From Balanoglossus misakiensis (lineage: Eukaryota > Animalia > Hemichordata), in contig CM082597.2 in assembly GCA_040954595.2 (NCBI GenBank), forward strand, positions 6,659,849 through 6,723,848: DNA of 64,000 bases. Direction: 5' to 3'. The notes beneath the pieces were generated by a model. It saw nothing but the letters and a program-made list of their open reading frames with translations, ran no database searches and was not told where the DNA came from. Every line of letters starts with the position of its first letter. Positions within the stretch are counted from its first letter, which is position 1. Below, in pieces: positions 26,403-40,000 of this stretch. A program made the position numbers and the translations under genes.

Positions 26403-26465
26403 CTAAACGTGGCATCGTCCATCAGATGTGACGATTTCCACAATTGTCTTGAAAGCACTCAGTGT
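26403..26465 (-). pseudogene. Isolated 3' half of the GPS terminal exon of a third, diverged paralog
   Basis: Translates LSAFKTIVEIVTSDGRCHV*, aligning to LTVFSAMVGVVESDGRFHV* of gene A; downstream cacaggggcg is shared with gene A. Confidence 0.65.
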
Positions 26466-27396
26466 TTATTTCGTATTGTGGGTATTTGGACTCACTAGCA
26501 AGGAATTGTGGGTAGCTGATGTTATATACACGGGTAGTAATACAGAACTATACATTGAAAGACTTTCTAACAAACACACATCAGATATATTCTCATAAGA
26601 TATATAAAATACTGCTATTCATACACGATATAAAATACTAGACTTTTAGAATATTTGTGTGTATTTGAATACAAATACATTGGTTACAATACCAGTGATA
26701 TAATTTTTTATACAGTTTTCTTGACAGTCAAAAAGCTTTCAGAGAAGAATTTGTTTTAGGCCCAACTGTAGTTAATAAGAAATAATTTTGCAAAATACGT
26801 TCATGATTTATAAAATTGACCCCTACTTCATTTGTTGTTTCCGTAAAGATCCAAATTGGTCGATTGTATATTTTCAGTTTGTAATCAATATTGATGAATT
26901 GGCTACCATCAATTTTCAACAACTATCAAGTGTAGTGTTCATCTTCCCATATGGTCACACTGTGAACAGCGCCCCAACTGGCCAGAATGTCAACACATCT
27001 GCCCAAATTCCAGGCGGACATTACAAGACTGTGGTCGATCAATCTGGTCATCATGTTTTGTCCCATATTCTTTTGTTGGCTGCACGTTTTGGACAAAGCA
27101 CACAGTTTCAAACTATGTGCATGATCTAGTGTCCTGATAATAACTACTTTGAACTGAAAGATTCTGTGGAGATTTAGTCACATGGGTGTGTTACCATCAG
27201 CCAATCAGAAGTCTCAGATTCACTGCTCTATTCTTCACTACAGACACATCAAGCCATTAAACATAGGGTTTGTTTTGGCACGGAATGTAATTTGTAATTT
27301 CTATTCTCAGAAATAAATTGTTATGATATGCCACTATCATTGCCTGTAATCTCACTACAGCATACCTGCAGCATACCACATGCAATACTTTGATAG

Positions 27397-27411
27397 AGCG
27401 CCCTCTAGCAG
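27397..27411 (-). promoter_or_regulatory. CTCF-like motif; YY1-like aagatggc motif ~50 bp away
   Basis: ctgctagagggcgct resembles the CTCF core consensus; motif match only. Confidence 0.35.
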
Positions 27412-28902
27412 AGTTCATATGACATTGTAAGGTCATGTTTTTCCCGCGTTGTTCATGGCTGCCATCTTGTTTTAGCAGAACGTACTAGTTGTTGTGTCCG
27501 TGTTCCAGTTGAAGTTTCTCATTAAACGAGTTATACAAAACGTTACCTGATCACACCGAGTCAGCAAACATAACATAAATATAATCAATTGAATATATTT
27601 CATTTTCACAGATTGTTTCAGTGCAATGTTGCTGCGGTTTGGAAAAAAACAAAACGCGTGATCGCGGCTACTTTGCCATTTCTGTGTAAATTTGTGATTG
27701 TAAGAAATCAACTTGTTGCACATGAAAACTACTTTTACCAAATCTTCGCTAACAAGTTTTACAGACTATAGACATTCTAAAGCCGTATGTCTTAGTTTTT
27801 CGGTGTTTTATTGTTGACATGAAAACCATGACACATCTGGAAAAAAATCTTGATATAAAGAAAAATGTACTCTGGAATTTAAAAATGAATAATTACAACT
27901 ACTGTGTCTACTGACCCTCAAGGGACAAGGGTGTTTCACTTCTGTTGCAATGTCATTTCCATTGACACAAGTTCAGTTGCCAGTTAGCTATTCATTACAC
28001 ATAATAGCAAGACATAACAGTTTGTTTACGTCTGGGTGTGTTTAATACTAACAATAAAGGCTGTCCCTTATATGATCAGAATATGTTGATTCCAGTAATT
28101 ACAAGAAAACATATCAATTTAGTTTCAATTGTAGCAACTGTTATGATTTATCTGAGCTGAGACAACATCTCTGCTTTGAAGATTTGTTTTGTGGCATCAA
28201 AACACAAAGTGAGTTTCCTATGAAGACAACATTCAGAAAGATTTTCAGGTAGGCTTGGAGGAAATAATGCTATCCAAATATGCGTTAGAGTACAGGTATA
28301 AAAATCTCTCATAACTACCCATCATGCATCAGTCAGACTGTGCTACTTGTATCATAGAGCAAAACTAGCAAAACTATCCAAATATCAAATTTGTCTGTTG
28401 AAAAGTTTTATACAATACCATATAACTTTTAAATAGCTTCCAGGAATATTGTAATACAGTGAGTGTTCAATGGGGAAATGTACATAGATAGCGTGAAAAC
28501 ATTCTAGACATTTGATGAGCACAAAGTGAAAAGACACTGATAGAGTTATGATATCAAGTCAAAATGGATTGCAACAGTAATTGCCACTGTAACTGGACAT
28601 GCTGGTAGTAGAAACAACATTGGTTAGACTTTATGGTTGAACCCTGTGACTTGACAAGCATTTGCAGACACTGTACAGGCCATCCAGATGAAAAAACATT
28701 GGAAACGACACAAAAACATGCTAAAAACATACTAAGTGACTTGGCAAACAACTGATATCAGCCATATGTGGTTTATTTTCCAGCCATCGATGACAGCGCA
28801 AGACTTCATTCTGACCTTTCCACCCCCGACAGTATGGTTCAGCCCATTGTTTTCAATGATATGGTTTAACCCATATACTAGAAATGGGGTGAAAGTCTCT
28901 CT

Positions 28903-29029
28903 CTATGTTCTATTTTGTTGTGAAGCTGTTAACTTAATAATTCTTCTTCCCAAGTGGGCATTGTGTTGTTGCAGGTATCTAATCATATCAGCTTGCTTCT
29001 CCAAAATATCATCCACCTGATTACTATCC
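28903..29029 (-). pseudogene. TMEM192: Terminal coding exon of a TMEM192-like gene (copy 1, orphan)
   Basis: ttacag|G then DSNQVDDILEKQADMIRYLQQHNAHLGRRIIKLTASQQNRT*. From memory this resembles the TMEM192 C-terminal coiled coil (EKQ.D.I.YL..HN..L..R); no upstream exons found. Confidence 0.7.
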
Positions 29030-29190
29030 CTGTAACAAACACAATACAAAAACACTCATTATAATCACAATTTTACTTCAATTCCAAACCAAGGTAGCGA
29101 TTTGACGCGCTCGTGTTTGTGTGTGGCTGGGCAACAGGTGTCTGCCGATGTCAAACTGCCATAGCTGTAGTATACTATGTTTACAGTATA

Positions 29191-29355
29191 CAGTCAAACC
29201 TGTATTAGTGGCTACCTCTATATAGTGGCCACTTTGTTACAGTCCCTGTGCAATTTACATATGCATTAATTGACCTGTATATAGAGGCCATTATCTGTCT
29301 ATAAAGGCCAGTTCAGGAGAGTCCCTTAACTGGCCACTATAGACAGGTTCGACTG
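29191..29355. mobile_element. Tc1/mariner-type MITE (TA flanks), present in all unit copies
   Basis: TIR cagtcaaacctgt / acaggttcgactg; also near 46894-48345 (interrupted), 57597 and 62545. Confidence 0.75.
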
Positions 29356-29820
29356 TACTACAGCAGATCAACATCATCAGGCACCTGTGCATGGGTCCTA
29401 ATACAATGTAATTGTTCTAACTGTGGCCAAAACAAATTTGCTGGCATACCAAATCCCCACCCCCAGAAATCAAATGGTTAATCTCCCCTAAGAAACAATA
29501 CAACATATTTATTCCACATAAAGTGTAGAAAGAATTGTTATCATACAATCAGCCACTGACTCACACAGTAACCTGCAATATAGGCCAACTCTTTCATTTT
29601 CTGTCAAAGTTTGCAACTGTTATCTTTGTGTAAAGAATTGTCCATTGTGTTACTTCCAGAACTTTTGACCTCAACTTGTGGGTGGATTCAACACCCCAAC
29701 CAGTTGAAAACAGCTGTACTAGCCGAGGTAAGAAGCGAATAGAAATTGGTGACTGACAGTTCAATCAAGAACTGTTTATCTAGGAAATAAAGCCAAATGA
29801 AATGAAAACTAATTTCATAT

Positions 29821-31756
29821 TGGGCCCCTTCTGTTATTGCTGGAGTTTTTCTTCTTTCTTCTTGAGTCGTCTTTTTGCTCCCTTTTTTCTCAAAAATCCC
29901 TGGACCTACGCCTATGAAACTTGGCACGGTGGTTGGGGCCCATGAGTATTGGTGCACCTGCCCTTTGAATTTGTAATTAGTCACGTGACTTGGTGGCTAT
30001 AATCGAGCGAAATTTTCAAATTGACCTTATTTGCACATTAATGGGGACATGTACATTCTTTTCGCGATTTTTGTATACCATGTGGCCAAAATCCCCTGTG
30101 CCAAATTTCAAGGTCCTAGGCCACGTCGATTTTGAGAAGAAGATTTTTGTAATATTTTATCGCATTTATTGGTGGGCTGAGGATGAACACTGGGGCATCG
30201 GTCATTACGTAATGTTGTGGAAGTCTCAATAGCAGGGTACTCACTTCTGGCGGGTTGCAGTAGTCCTTGGAAAATCGGCTGAAATACGTAAACAGACCAG
30301 TGATTATTTTCCACAGAATGAATTTTGGGACAACACATTATCGGAGTTCAGGCTGTGTTAGGGCGTTTTATTGAATTACGCTGAGTTTGTTAGCTGTTGC
30401 CGTTATATGTGTCTACGCAGACCCGGCTACACTGTACTGGATAGTAGTTCGGGAAATCGGCCGAAATATACGTCAGCAGACCAATGATACTAGCAATAAT
30501 TAGAGATCCGGCTTCGTTGCCGTTCAAAAGTTCCTACTTCAGTCGTGACGTTGCAACTGGGCGTTCAGTATGGGGTTCGGCCCGCAGGTGGCCTTGGGGG
30601 TTATCAGGTCGCCCGTAATGGCACGCAGCTTCATGCAGCTGTATGGGACCAAAATAATACGCCCGATTCGGGGGTCACCTGTGACACCTGCGTAACTCAA
30701 TTATGTGCATGCGTAATTGTGGGGTCAATGAAAGGGATGCTAGCGTGGTATTTGTTGCACATGGATCAATATGAAGTCCGATTTTCCTGTCAAGTTGTGG
30801 GCGACCTTATGTGACATTTCACCTACTTTTGCTTAGTGAATGACAGCAGATGCATGCAGCTTTGGCGTGGGGGGATATACGGATGGGACCATAATGATAT
30901 ACCAAAGGCGGGGTCACCTGTTGCACCTGCCTAAGTCATTGATTTTGTACATTTAATTGGACACTAACCAACGGGGCGATATGTGTGGTTTTTGTTCCAC
31001 AGGGACGAATGTAAGTGTCAGTTGGTTTTTGCCCGAATGTATAAGGTGATTTGGATGACCTCTGTCGTACAGTGCCATATCTCAGCCCGTTGTACAGGTT
31101 CAGCTTTGGTATTTGGAGGGATGAAAGTATCATGAAATGCCAAATACAGGGGGATACCTGTGACACCTGCTTGATTCATATATTACGTGCATACCTAATG
31201 GTAGGCAAAGTGAAAGGGCTGCAAATGTAGGATTTGTTGCACATGACATAAACAGGAATGAAAATTTTTTGTCAAATTTTGGGGTGACCTCAGGTGTCCA
31301 TTGACCTGCTTTACATATGTTAGCATGCACATCATATATAGTCAGGTGTTTGGAGGGGTAGGGTAGGACCATCATGAAATGCTAAATTCCTGGGGCCACC
31401 TGTAACTTACTTGCGTAACTCATTATTATGGCCATATCTAATTTGACAAACCCAAAGGGCGAGGATTTTCCGTTGTCTTGAATATGAACCAAATAAGAAT
31501 CCTAATTCTTCGCCCAATTTGTGGGTACCCTCAGCTGACCTTTGAAGTACTTACTGAAGTACTTACAACGTAGAAGTTCACATTTGGTTGTTGTGTTTGT
31601 ACTTGTAGGACATCCATTTCGGGTGGTTGCCTACTTACCCATATCTCCACATCGAGAGCAAATACAGCCTACGCATTTGAATGGTACAACCCTGAATGGA
31701 GTCTAATGGTTATTCACTCTATGCTTGGGTCCTTTCAATGCTGCTTGCAGCTTTAA
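29821..31756 (+). mobile_element. Non-autonomous Helentron (Helitron2-like) copy A; 5' palindrome partly deleted, 3' subTIR degenerate
   Basis: Highly similar to 34480-36667; ends gcttgggtcctttcaatgctgcttgcagctttaa. Confidence 0.8.
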
Positions 31757-32175
31757 CTTTAGGGTAATTTCTCTCCAGGGCTGCATAATCAATAGCGTGG
31801 TTTAGAAACACTTCAGAGATGCGAACAAATGTTATAGGTCAACGCCCAGGCCGGGTCAACGTAAATTGTCAGGAGAGCTGAGCGTCTCACGTTGCCACAC
31901 CTGTTCCAAGAGTAGAGAGTGTAATTGACCAATCACAATGCCCACTGTCTACCAGCTTCAGCGTGTGGATTGTATTGACCAACCAGAATTGTCGGGGTCT
32001 GAATTAATTAGCTGAACTCTGTTGGTGACCTAGTTGATTGAAAACGCTTGTCTAGTCATCAAAATTAAATATATATTAAAAACGCGTACATTGCAAGACA
32101 GTTTGCACCTGCTGGTCAAAAGTTCGGAAAGGTCAACGAAATGTGACTCAGTTCTTTCTGATAGGAATTTTTTAA

Positions 32176-32751
32176 AGGTCTCATGCCATGCCCTATACAA
32201 CCACGCGTAAAATCACTATTTGGGTCTTGAAGTTAACGTATGTTACTATCTTGCAATGCGTTTTGCCCCTTGTGCTTAGATAACAAGCAAGTAAAAGTGG
32301 CGGGTGGGCGTGTACCCCTAACCCAACTCAGTCGATTTTTTTCGGCTTTTCGAAGTTAAGCCGAAGACTTATCTTGATGTGGACAAATAGTCTTTCACAC
32401 CTTTGTAAATCCTCTGCCTGCAATGTGAGGCAAGGGCTTCCTTTGCTTTGAACACTGTTTATATAGCTTGTCTTTGTCTGTGGACTTAATTACTCATGGA
32501 CCGATAATTACACTTTACTGTAAACAGAATGGTACACTACGACGTAGTGTACTTGTTTGTCCATATGCAAATACCTTCGCCTGGCTCGAGTGCGAAGTGG
32601 CTCCCTGATCACAGGCATGAAAAAAAGTGGCAAATTCCGGCATTCGTGCACATTTTTCGGAACCGACACAATAGGCAATGCATAGACAGGTACCCTAGGT
32701 GAGCTTTTGACGTGGAAATATGAAAACTTTCCAAAGCATGACATGAGACCT
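32176..32751. mobile_element. MITE with TTAA TSD (Kolobok-like)
   Basis: ttaa|aggtctcatgccatgc ... gcatgacatgagacct|ttaa. Confidence 0.7.
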
Positions 32752-34048
32752 TTAATGTCGCCACCAACGGCTAGTACGGCAAATAGGGATGTACTAGGAG
32801 AAATATGACGTTTCGGATAGTGTTGGAGGTTTTAATGACGTCACTGACAATTGTTTGAACCAAAGGTTATCGCACATGCTGCAAAAATTAATTCGAAAAC
32901 ATTTTGCTAAGCAAATTTCCCCTCGTGTTCGGATGATTTGAAATTTCTTTTCATTTGTTTTTCTATTGTGCCGTTGGGCAAAAATATGCAACGTGTTTGA
33001 TATTTTTTTCCCAGCGAGAAAATGTATTCAAGACTATGGCTAAATTTGCATAGGCGACTGTCATGGTGACGTGCACCTTCCGGGGTTTTGAAGCGCGGCC
33101 GGATGGATAGTCCCCATACACACTGAAATTCGCTGAACTTTACAAAAACATATACATAGCGTAAGATTTTTACATGTGCAAAATGGGCAAACGCGCAAGT
33201 AACTTCGAACACGCCCTTCTTAATTATCTTGTGCACTCTACAGTAGCAGATGTTTACCTTTAGGCTTGAACTGGGCATTTCATTACTGATTCAGATACAT
33301 GTAACTGTATACCTAAAATATCTACTCTTCACGTATTAAAATAATACATCTGCAGCTGGAATTCGCTAACGTGGCAGAAAGATAATTCGTGTATTTTAAC
33401 ATAATAGACCAATGGATATCGTCTTCTGTTTTGTAGGAAGCTAGGCACTTTGCAGAAATTTGAGTTAGGCTAAACTTGGTGTTCACCGTCTCATTTTTTA
33501 ATTAAAAAAATCCCAAATTGACATTTCTCCATAGAATTAAAATAGAGCGTTGCGACTCTTTTGAATTTCAGATCTGTGAAAATGTTTTCTCTCGCATTCA
33601 AAATAATTCACGGTAACGCCCAAAATTGAACTATCAATTTTAAGAGAGAATAATCTAAAGTTGCATGAGAAAAAACTGACCGTGAGCAAAATACATTATC
33701 GTCCAAGACACTCCCACGGTGTGAAATTTAAAACTATAGAAAAAAAGCGTTGACGGGCAGTAAACCTGTTACGGTACACTCAACTGCCCGCAGCGCCTAA
33801 AATCTGGAGATGATATCGCCATACGCGGGGAGTCATTTCATCAGATGCTCGTACAAGGTGCGTATCACCAGTGTCTTTCTGTTTTTCTGCAAGACTTCGA
33901 CACATCTTTAGAATTACTAGTACTGCGATTCGCTCATGTCACAATGCAAGAGGCCAATACGTTCTTCAAACTGATTGTTATGTGTTTCCGCGTATTCTCT
34001 TACAGGTTTTACTTGTAACCCAAGACCAAAAACCCAATCAGTGCAGTC

Positions 34049-37000
34049 ATGTCAACGATTGTGAGAATTTATGTCTGCGTTTTGATGGTAATGGTCGCTG
34101 ATGTGGCAGAGACAAGAAATGGAGAACGATGGAATGGTACGTTTGGCTTTGTTTTCATTCGATTACTTGCAAGTTAAACGTTACTTTGCGATATCGCCGA
34201 GTGCCACGGTAAATATCCGACTCGGCATTTTTGTATAAAGGTTCGATGTTGTTCACGGTGATATTTATAAATCTCTATTTGGTATTCACAGTTTTGCCAC
34301 CATGTTGGCTAACGATTAGGCCGACATATGAGGGGACAGGTCGTGAATGTTCATTAACAAGAATGTACGCACACCGTGATTGCATGTACTGTAGTTGATT
34401 TGTAAAGCTAGTGATTTTTTCACACGAAGAGCCATTATATGTGTGATTGTGTTATTGAAGTTGTTTTGGTCATATATAATTAGGGGCCCAAGCGCCCTCA
34501 GGCGCTTGGGCCCCTCCTGTTATTGCTGGAGATTTTCTTCTTTTTTCTTGAGTCGTTTTTTTCGGCCGTACTTTTCTCTGAAACCCTTGCCTCTGTGCTT
34601 ATGAAACTTGGCACAGTGGTTGGGGCCCATGAGTACTGGTGCACCTGCCCTTTGAATTTGTAATTAGTCACGTGACTTGGTGGCTATAATCAAGCGAAAT
34701 TTTCAAATTGACCTAATTTGCCCGTTAATGGGGGCATGTACATTCTTTTCGCGATTTTTGCAGACCATGTGGCCAAAATCCCCTGTGCCAAATTTCAAGG
34801 TCCTAGGCCACGTCGATTTTGAGAAGAAGATTTTTGTAATATTTTTCGCATTTTTTGGTGGGCTGAGGACGAACACTGGAGCATCGGACTTTGACCGTCA
34901 TTACGTAATGTTGTGGAGGTCTCATTAATAGCAGGGTACTCACTTCTGGCGGGTTGCAGCAGTCCTTGGAAAATCGGCTGAAATACGTAAACAGACCAGT
35001 GATTATTTTCCACGGAATGAATTTTGGGATAACACATAATCGGAGTTCAGGCTGTGTTAGGGCGTTTTATTGAATTACGCTGAGTTAGTTAGCTGTTGCC
35101 GTTCAAATGTGTCTACGCAGACCCGCCTACACTGGTTAACATTGTGGCAGTGGACATTGACCCTCAGTCGCTAATGTTGTGGGAGGTTTCATTAGCATGG
35201 TAGTCACATGTAGTGGATAGTAGTGGGGAAATTGGCCGAAATACGTAAGCAGACCAGTGATCTTCTTGCACAAAGGGAGTATGGTACCAGCAATAATCAG
35301 AGATCAGGCTTCGTTGCCGTTCAAAAGTTCCTACTTCAGTCGTGACGTTGCAACTGGATGTTCAGTATGGGGGTCGGCCCGCAGGTGGCCGTGGGGGTTA
35401 TCAGGTCGCCCGTAATGGCACGCAGCTACATGCAGCTGTATGGGACCAAAATAATACGCCCGATTCGGGGGTCACCTGTGACTCCTGCGTAACTCAATAA
35501 TTATGTGCATACGTAATTGTGGGGTCAATGAAAGGGATGCTAGCGTGCTATTTGTTGCACATGGATCAATATGAAGTGTGATTTTCCCGTCAAGTTGTGG
35601 GAGACCTTATGTGACATTTCACCTACTTTTGCTTAGTGAATAACAGCAGATGCATGCAGCTTTGGCGTGGGGGAGGGGATATGCGGATGGGACCATAATG
35701 ATATACCAAAGGCCTATGTGACCTTTCACCTACTTTTGCTTAGTGAGCAGCCACAGCAGATGCATGCAGCTTTGGCTTGGTGGCATATACGGATGGGACC
35801 ATAATGATATACCAAAGACGGGGTCACCTGTTGCACCTGCCGAAGTCATTGGTTTTGTACATTTACTTGAACACTAATCAACAGGGCGATATATGTGGTT
35901 TTTGTTCCACAGGGACGAATATAAGTGTCAGTTGGTTTTTGCCCAAATGTATAAGGTGATTTGGATGACCTCTGTCGTACAGTGCCATATCTCAGCACGT
36001 TGTAAGGGTGCAGCTTTGGTATTTGGAGGGATGAAACTATCATGAAATGCCAAATACAGGGGGATACCTGCGACACCTGCTTGATTCATGTATTACGTGC
36101 ATACCTAATGGTAGGCAAAGTGAAAGGGCTGCAAATGTAGGATTTGTTGCACATGACATAAACAGGAATGACTTTTTTTGTCAAATTTTTGGGTGACCTC
36201 AGGTGTCCATTGACCTGCTTTCCATATATTAGCATGCACAGCATATATAGCCAGGTGTTTGGAGGGGTAGGGTAGGACCGTCATGAAATGCTAAATTCCT
36301 GGGGCCACCTGTAACTTACTTGCGTAACTAATTATTATGGCCATACCTAATTTGACAAACCCAAAGGGCGAGGATTTTCCGTTGTCTTGAATATGAACCA
36401 AATAGGAATCCAAATTTTTGGCCCAATTTTTGGGTACCCTCAGCTGACCTTTGAAGTACTTACTGAATTACTTACATAACGTAGAAGTTCACTTTTGGTT
36501 GTTGTGTTTGTACTTGTAGGACATCCATTTCGGGTGGTTGCCTACTTCCCCATATCTCCACATCCAGAGCAAATACAGCCTACATTTGAATGGTACAACC
36601 CTGAATAGAGTCTAATGGTTATTATCCCTATGCTTGGGCCCCTTCAATGCTGCTTGCAGCTTTAATTACAATCGATGTCTCCTGATGACCATATGACGGT
36701 GCACCTTTTTCAAGCGATTGTCAAAGTGAAAATGTTCGATTTAGCTGCACAGTGGTTACACTTGCATCAATGACTGTATTCCGTTACCGTGTTTTGTTGT
36801 CGTTCACATATGTCGAGCGTGCCAGGAATATAACTTGGCGACCAATTTATACGGGTAAAATGGTGTTTGTTCCACGTTTATTTCAGAAGCCGGTGAAACC
36901 ACGATGCTACACGCAAAACACTTTGATCACAGAAAAACACGAGATGTTTCAGACGCGCCCCAAGATTTTTACTTCGTCTTAGTTACTGCTTCCTTGGAAC

Positions 37001-40000
37001 TGGTAACTGTGAGTTACACGGGAGGGACAAAGCGGACGTCCGGTCCGATTCCCGGCACCGCTTCAACGAAAGACGTCGACATCGGCGACGCCGACGGCGT
37101 GCTGCTCGGAGTGAGCGAAGCAAATGAGCTACAGACGAAAGAATCCATGTCGACACCCGGGTGGCAAATTATTCCCAACAGCTGCTGTGTAATAAGTGCG
37201 GCTTGGTTCAATTCAAGGGATGAATCAGTTCTCGGTGTTAACGAAGACAACATGTTGGTTACGAGGCAGTCGTTATCAGGCGTTTGGCAGACACCAGTAA
37301 ACAGCGGAGGGGTGCTTACTGTTGTCGTGGCGAATTTTATGATATTCGCCCTGTCCAGTGACAGGCACACCATCCTGAAGGCAGATGTTGAATATCTTTC
37401 TGTGTGGGAAGAAGTATATGTGGCTGATGATGGTCCTCCTCTCGCCGACTTCACATTCAGGCCGGATGAAAAGTCTCTTCTCCCTCTGTACGTGGGTAAC
37501 TCCTACCTGGCGATCTGTGCTGGGATTCCGACCACCACAGGGAGTACAGACACAGCAGGTGAGAAAAAGTGCCACATCAGAATGATATGAAATTTACAAT
37601 ACAAAACCAAATTCACAAATGTCTACCGACAAGTTCACTGTTGATTAACACTAACTTCTTGACTGCCACACCCATTTCTCCCGTTCGTTCATTCCAGTAT
37701 TATATGTTCTGTTGGTGGGGGTTGACAATAAACTGTACTCGTGTACGGGCGGCCAAGCAGAAGATCCCATGAATCTCGAAGACAGTGAACCGATCACTGA
37801 TGTCGCAGTTTATTAATTAATTAATCAATCAATCAATCAATTTATTTATTTATTTATCTACGTTGTGTGCGAATACTAGTATACTAACAGTATTGAAATC
37901 GGAATTTTTTCGTAGAACAACAATTTCTGTTCGTGGGAACGGACAATCAACTGTACTCGGGAAATATATTGCGAGACAATATGAATCTTTTGGACACTGA
38001 ACCGATCACTGATGTCGAAGTCTTGAGTACTGGGGATTTAATCGCCTTGGATACAGAGGGCAAATTGAAATCAAGAATAAGTGGCCAATGGACGGAGGCA
38101 ATTTCAACTTCATGCTGCGCGATAGGCGTGGCCGTCGGTCCTGAGGATTTACTGGTCAGCGTCGGTACAGACAACAGTTTATACTCCTGGTCAAGTCAAC
38201 AGTCATCCTGGGAAGGGCCAGTACAACACAGTTATGGGGTCATAAAAGTGGCGCTGTATCCGACCAAGTCATCGCTGTACGGATTGACGTTGGAAGGCGA
38301 CGGAATCGTTCTCGCGAAATTTCAAGAACCTTTCTGGGATAAAGTTGTCACATTCGCTATGGGTGAAAACTACTGCGATTTCACAATGCTAACCGTCTCA
38401 TCATCGTATCTGATCAATGTGGTAGAATCACAGACATCGCCTATAAAGTCTGTAGCTGTTACCGTTAATCCAGGCATTGGCCCTGCCAATTCATCACAAG
38501 GTTCAATTTATTATTTTGTCTACGTCAGTATTTTATTAACTTTTATGTCAGGATTCCGTTGGCGTCACTGGAATCGGTGACGTCACCGCTGCCATTATTG
38601 GTTGTGTTATGTATGTTAGCGCCACATGTGTCAATATCCGTAATATCGTCTTCAATTTCTGCAGTTTTGACGCAACCCGTATCAGCATGCTGATTGGCCA
38701 ATTCATTTTCGATTCCAGGTGCACTCAGAACATCTTTGTTAAGAGCATGTGGTGTAAAGTTAGGTGTTAACGGGAGTCAATTTCGTATGGGTGTTACCAT
38801 TGTTGTCTGATTGACTTTCTCTATCGTCTATTTATTATTTATTTTTTAGTTCATTTCCCTTTGATATGTCCAAGCTCTTATTTTACTTCAATCAACGAGT
38901 CATGCATTTCGTTCATTTATACAGGTACAGAGCGCGAGGCAGATAGCAATGGCACTGAATTTGAAAGCGGAGGTATGCACAATCTAAGTTATAGAAAATA
39001 TCCTGATTGGACCAGATCTCAATATTTACAATAACTGTTGATTCAATTAAGTGTTTCATTTTTTTTTCATTTTGACAATCTTAGCGAGTTCCTAGAGTTA
39101 CTAAGCCTTTCGTCTCCTTGTATTCGTCAGGAACTGGCGCAGATACAGACAGTAGTGCCTCTAGATTTGGAGGCGAATGTATGCCCTGCCCCAATACTAA
39201 ATATATAGTTCGAGAGATTTTCGTTTAGTTGTGGTTCATGCCTGCATGTCCAGCAAGTGACTTTGTTTCGTGAAACTTGATGTCGGTTCAACAGTTGGCT
39301 CTAGCCTTCACCCAGAGGCTGTCACTCGACAGGGGTACCCTTCAGAATTCATCGTCCCACTTTGTTGCATCCCTGACTTTTATTTTATTGTATGTTTATT
39401 TCAAATTCACAGGTTCTGACGACAGTTTTCGTTTCGTATCCGAAGCAAGCACTGGTGGCTCAGATGCAGAGAATTCATGTTCGTTGTTATATCTCACCTT
39501 ACCACTGTCAGATAATTTTCATCGTAGGGGCGGCTAGCGCTGGTGGGCGGCTGGCTGGGTGTTTGAATGACTCTGACTGAAGCTTACATTCCTGCCAATC
39601 TTGTACCACTATCTTCCTTCAACTTCTTGCGTTTTCACACGTGGAAAAGAACATATACTCAAAACTTGTTTTCTCATTGACACAGTCCCTCAGGAAAGAG
39701 ACTGCGTCATGAATAACGTGTGTTCATGTTAATTATGCTTTGAGAAAGATAAAGTCATATACGTAAGCCAGGCTTAGAAAAATGTTGTACCTTATTGTAT
39801 ATGTAGGTACGTAGGCCCTCGGTCACAACGCTATACATGCATCTCTATCTCTATCTAACCATTCTTCTCATAGCGCCAACTACGGTCGACAATCCAGTCC
39901 TCACTTCAATTGTCACTCAAGCGCCGACAGCAGATCTACTGGCAGTTGGAAGCGACGGGAGTGCAGTCTACACTGGCAAGACTGTTGGTAGAGGCACGTA

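Noticed and set aside
26728-27129. Short ORFs possibly from a decayed gene
   Set aside because: No recognisable domain or splice structure; cannot be supported.
28736-29020. Repeated 94 aa plus-strand ORF MTWQTTDISH...
   Set aside because: Antisense shadow of the TMEM192-like exon and UTR; frameshifted in copy 3.
29990-36076. Duplicated short ORFs within the Helentron copies
   Set aside because: No Rep or helicase motifs; indels between the copies break the frames.
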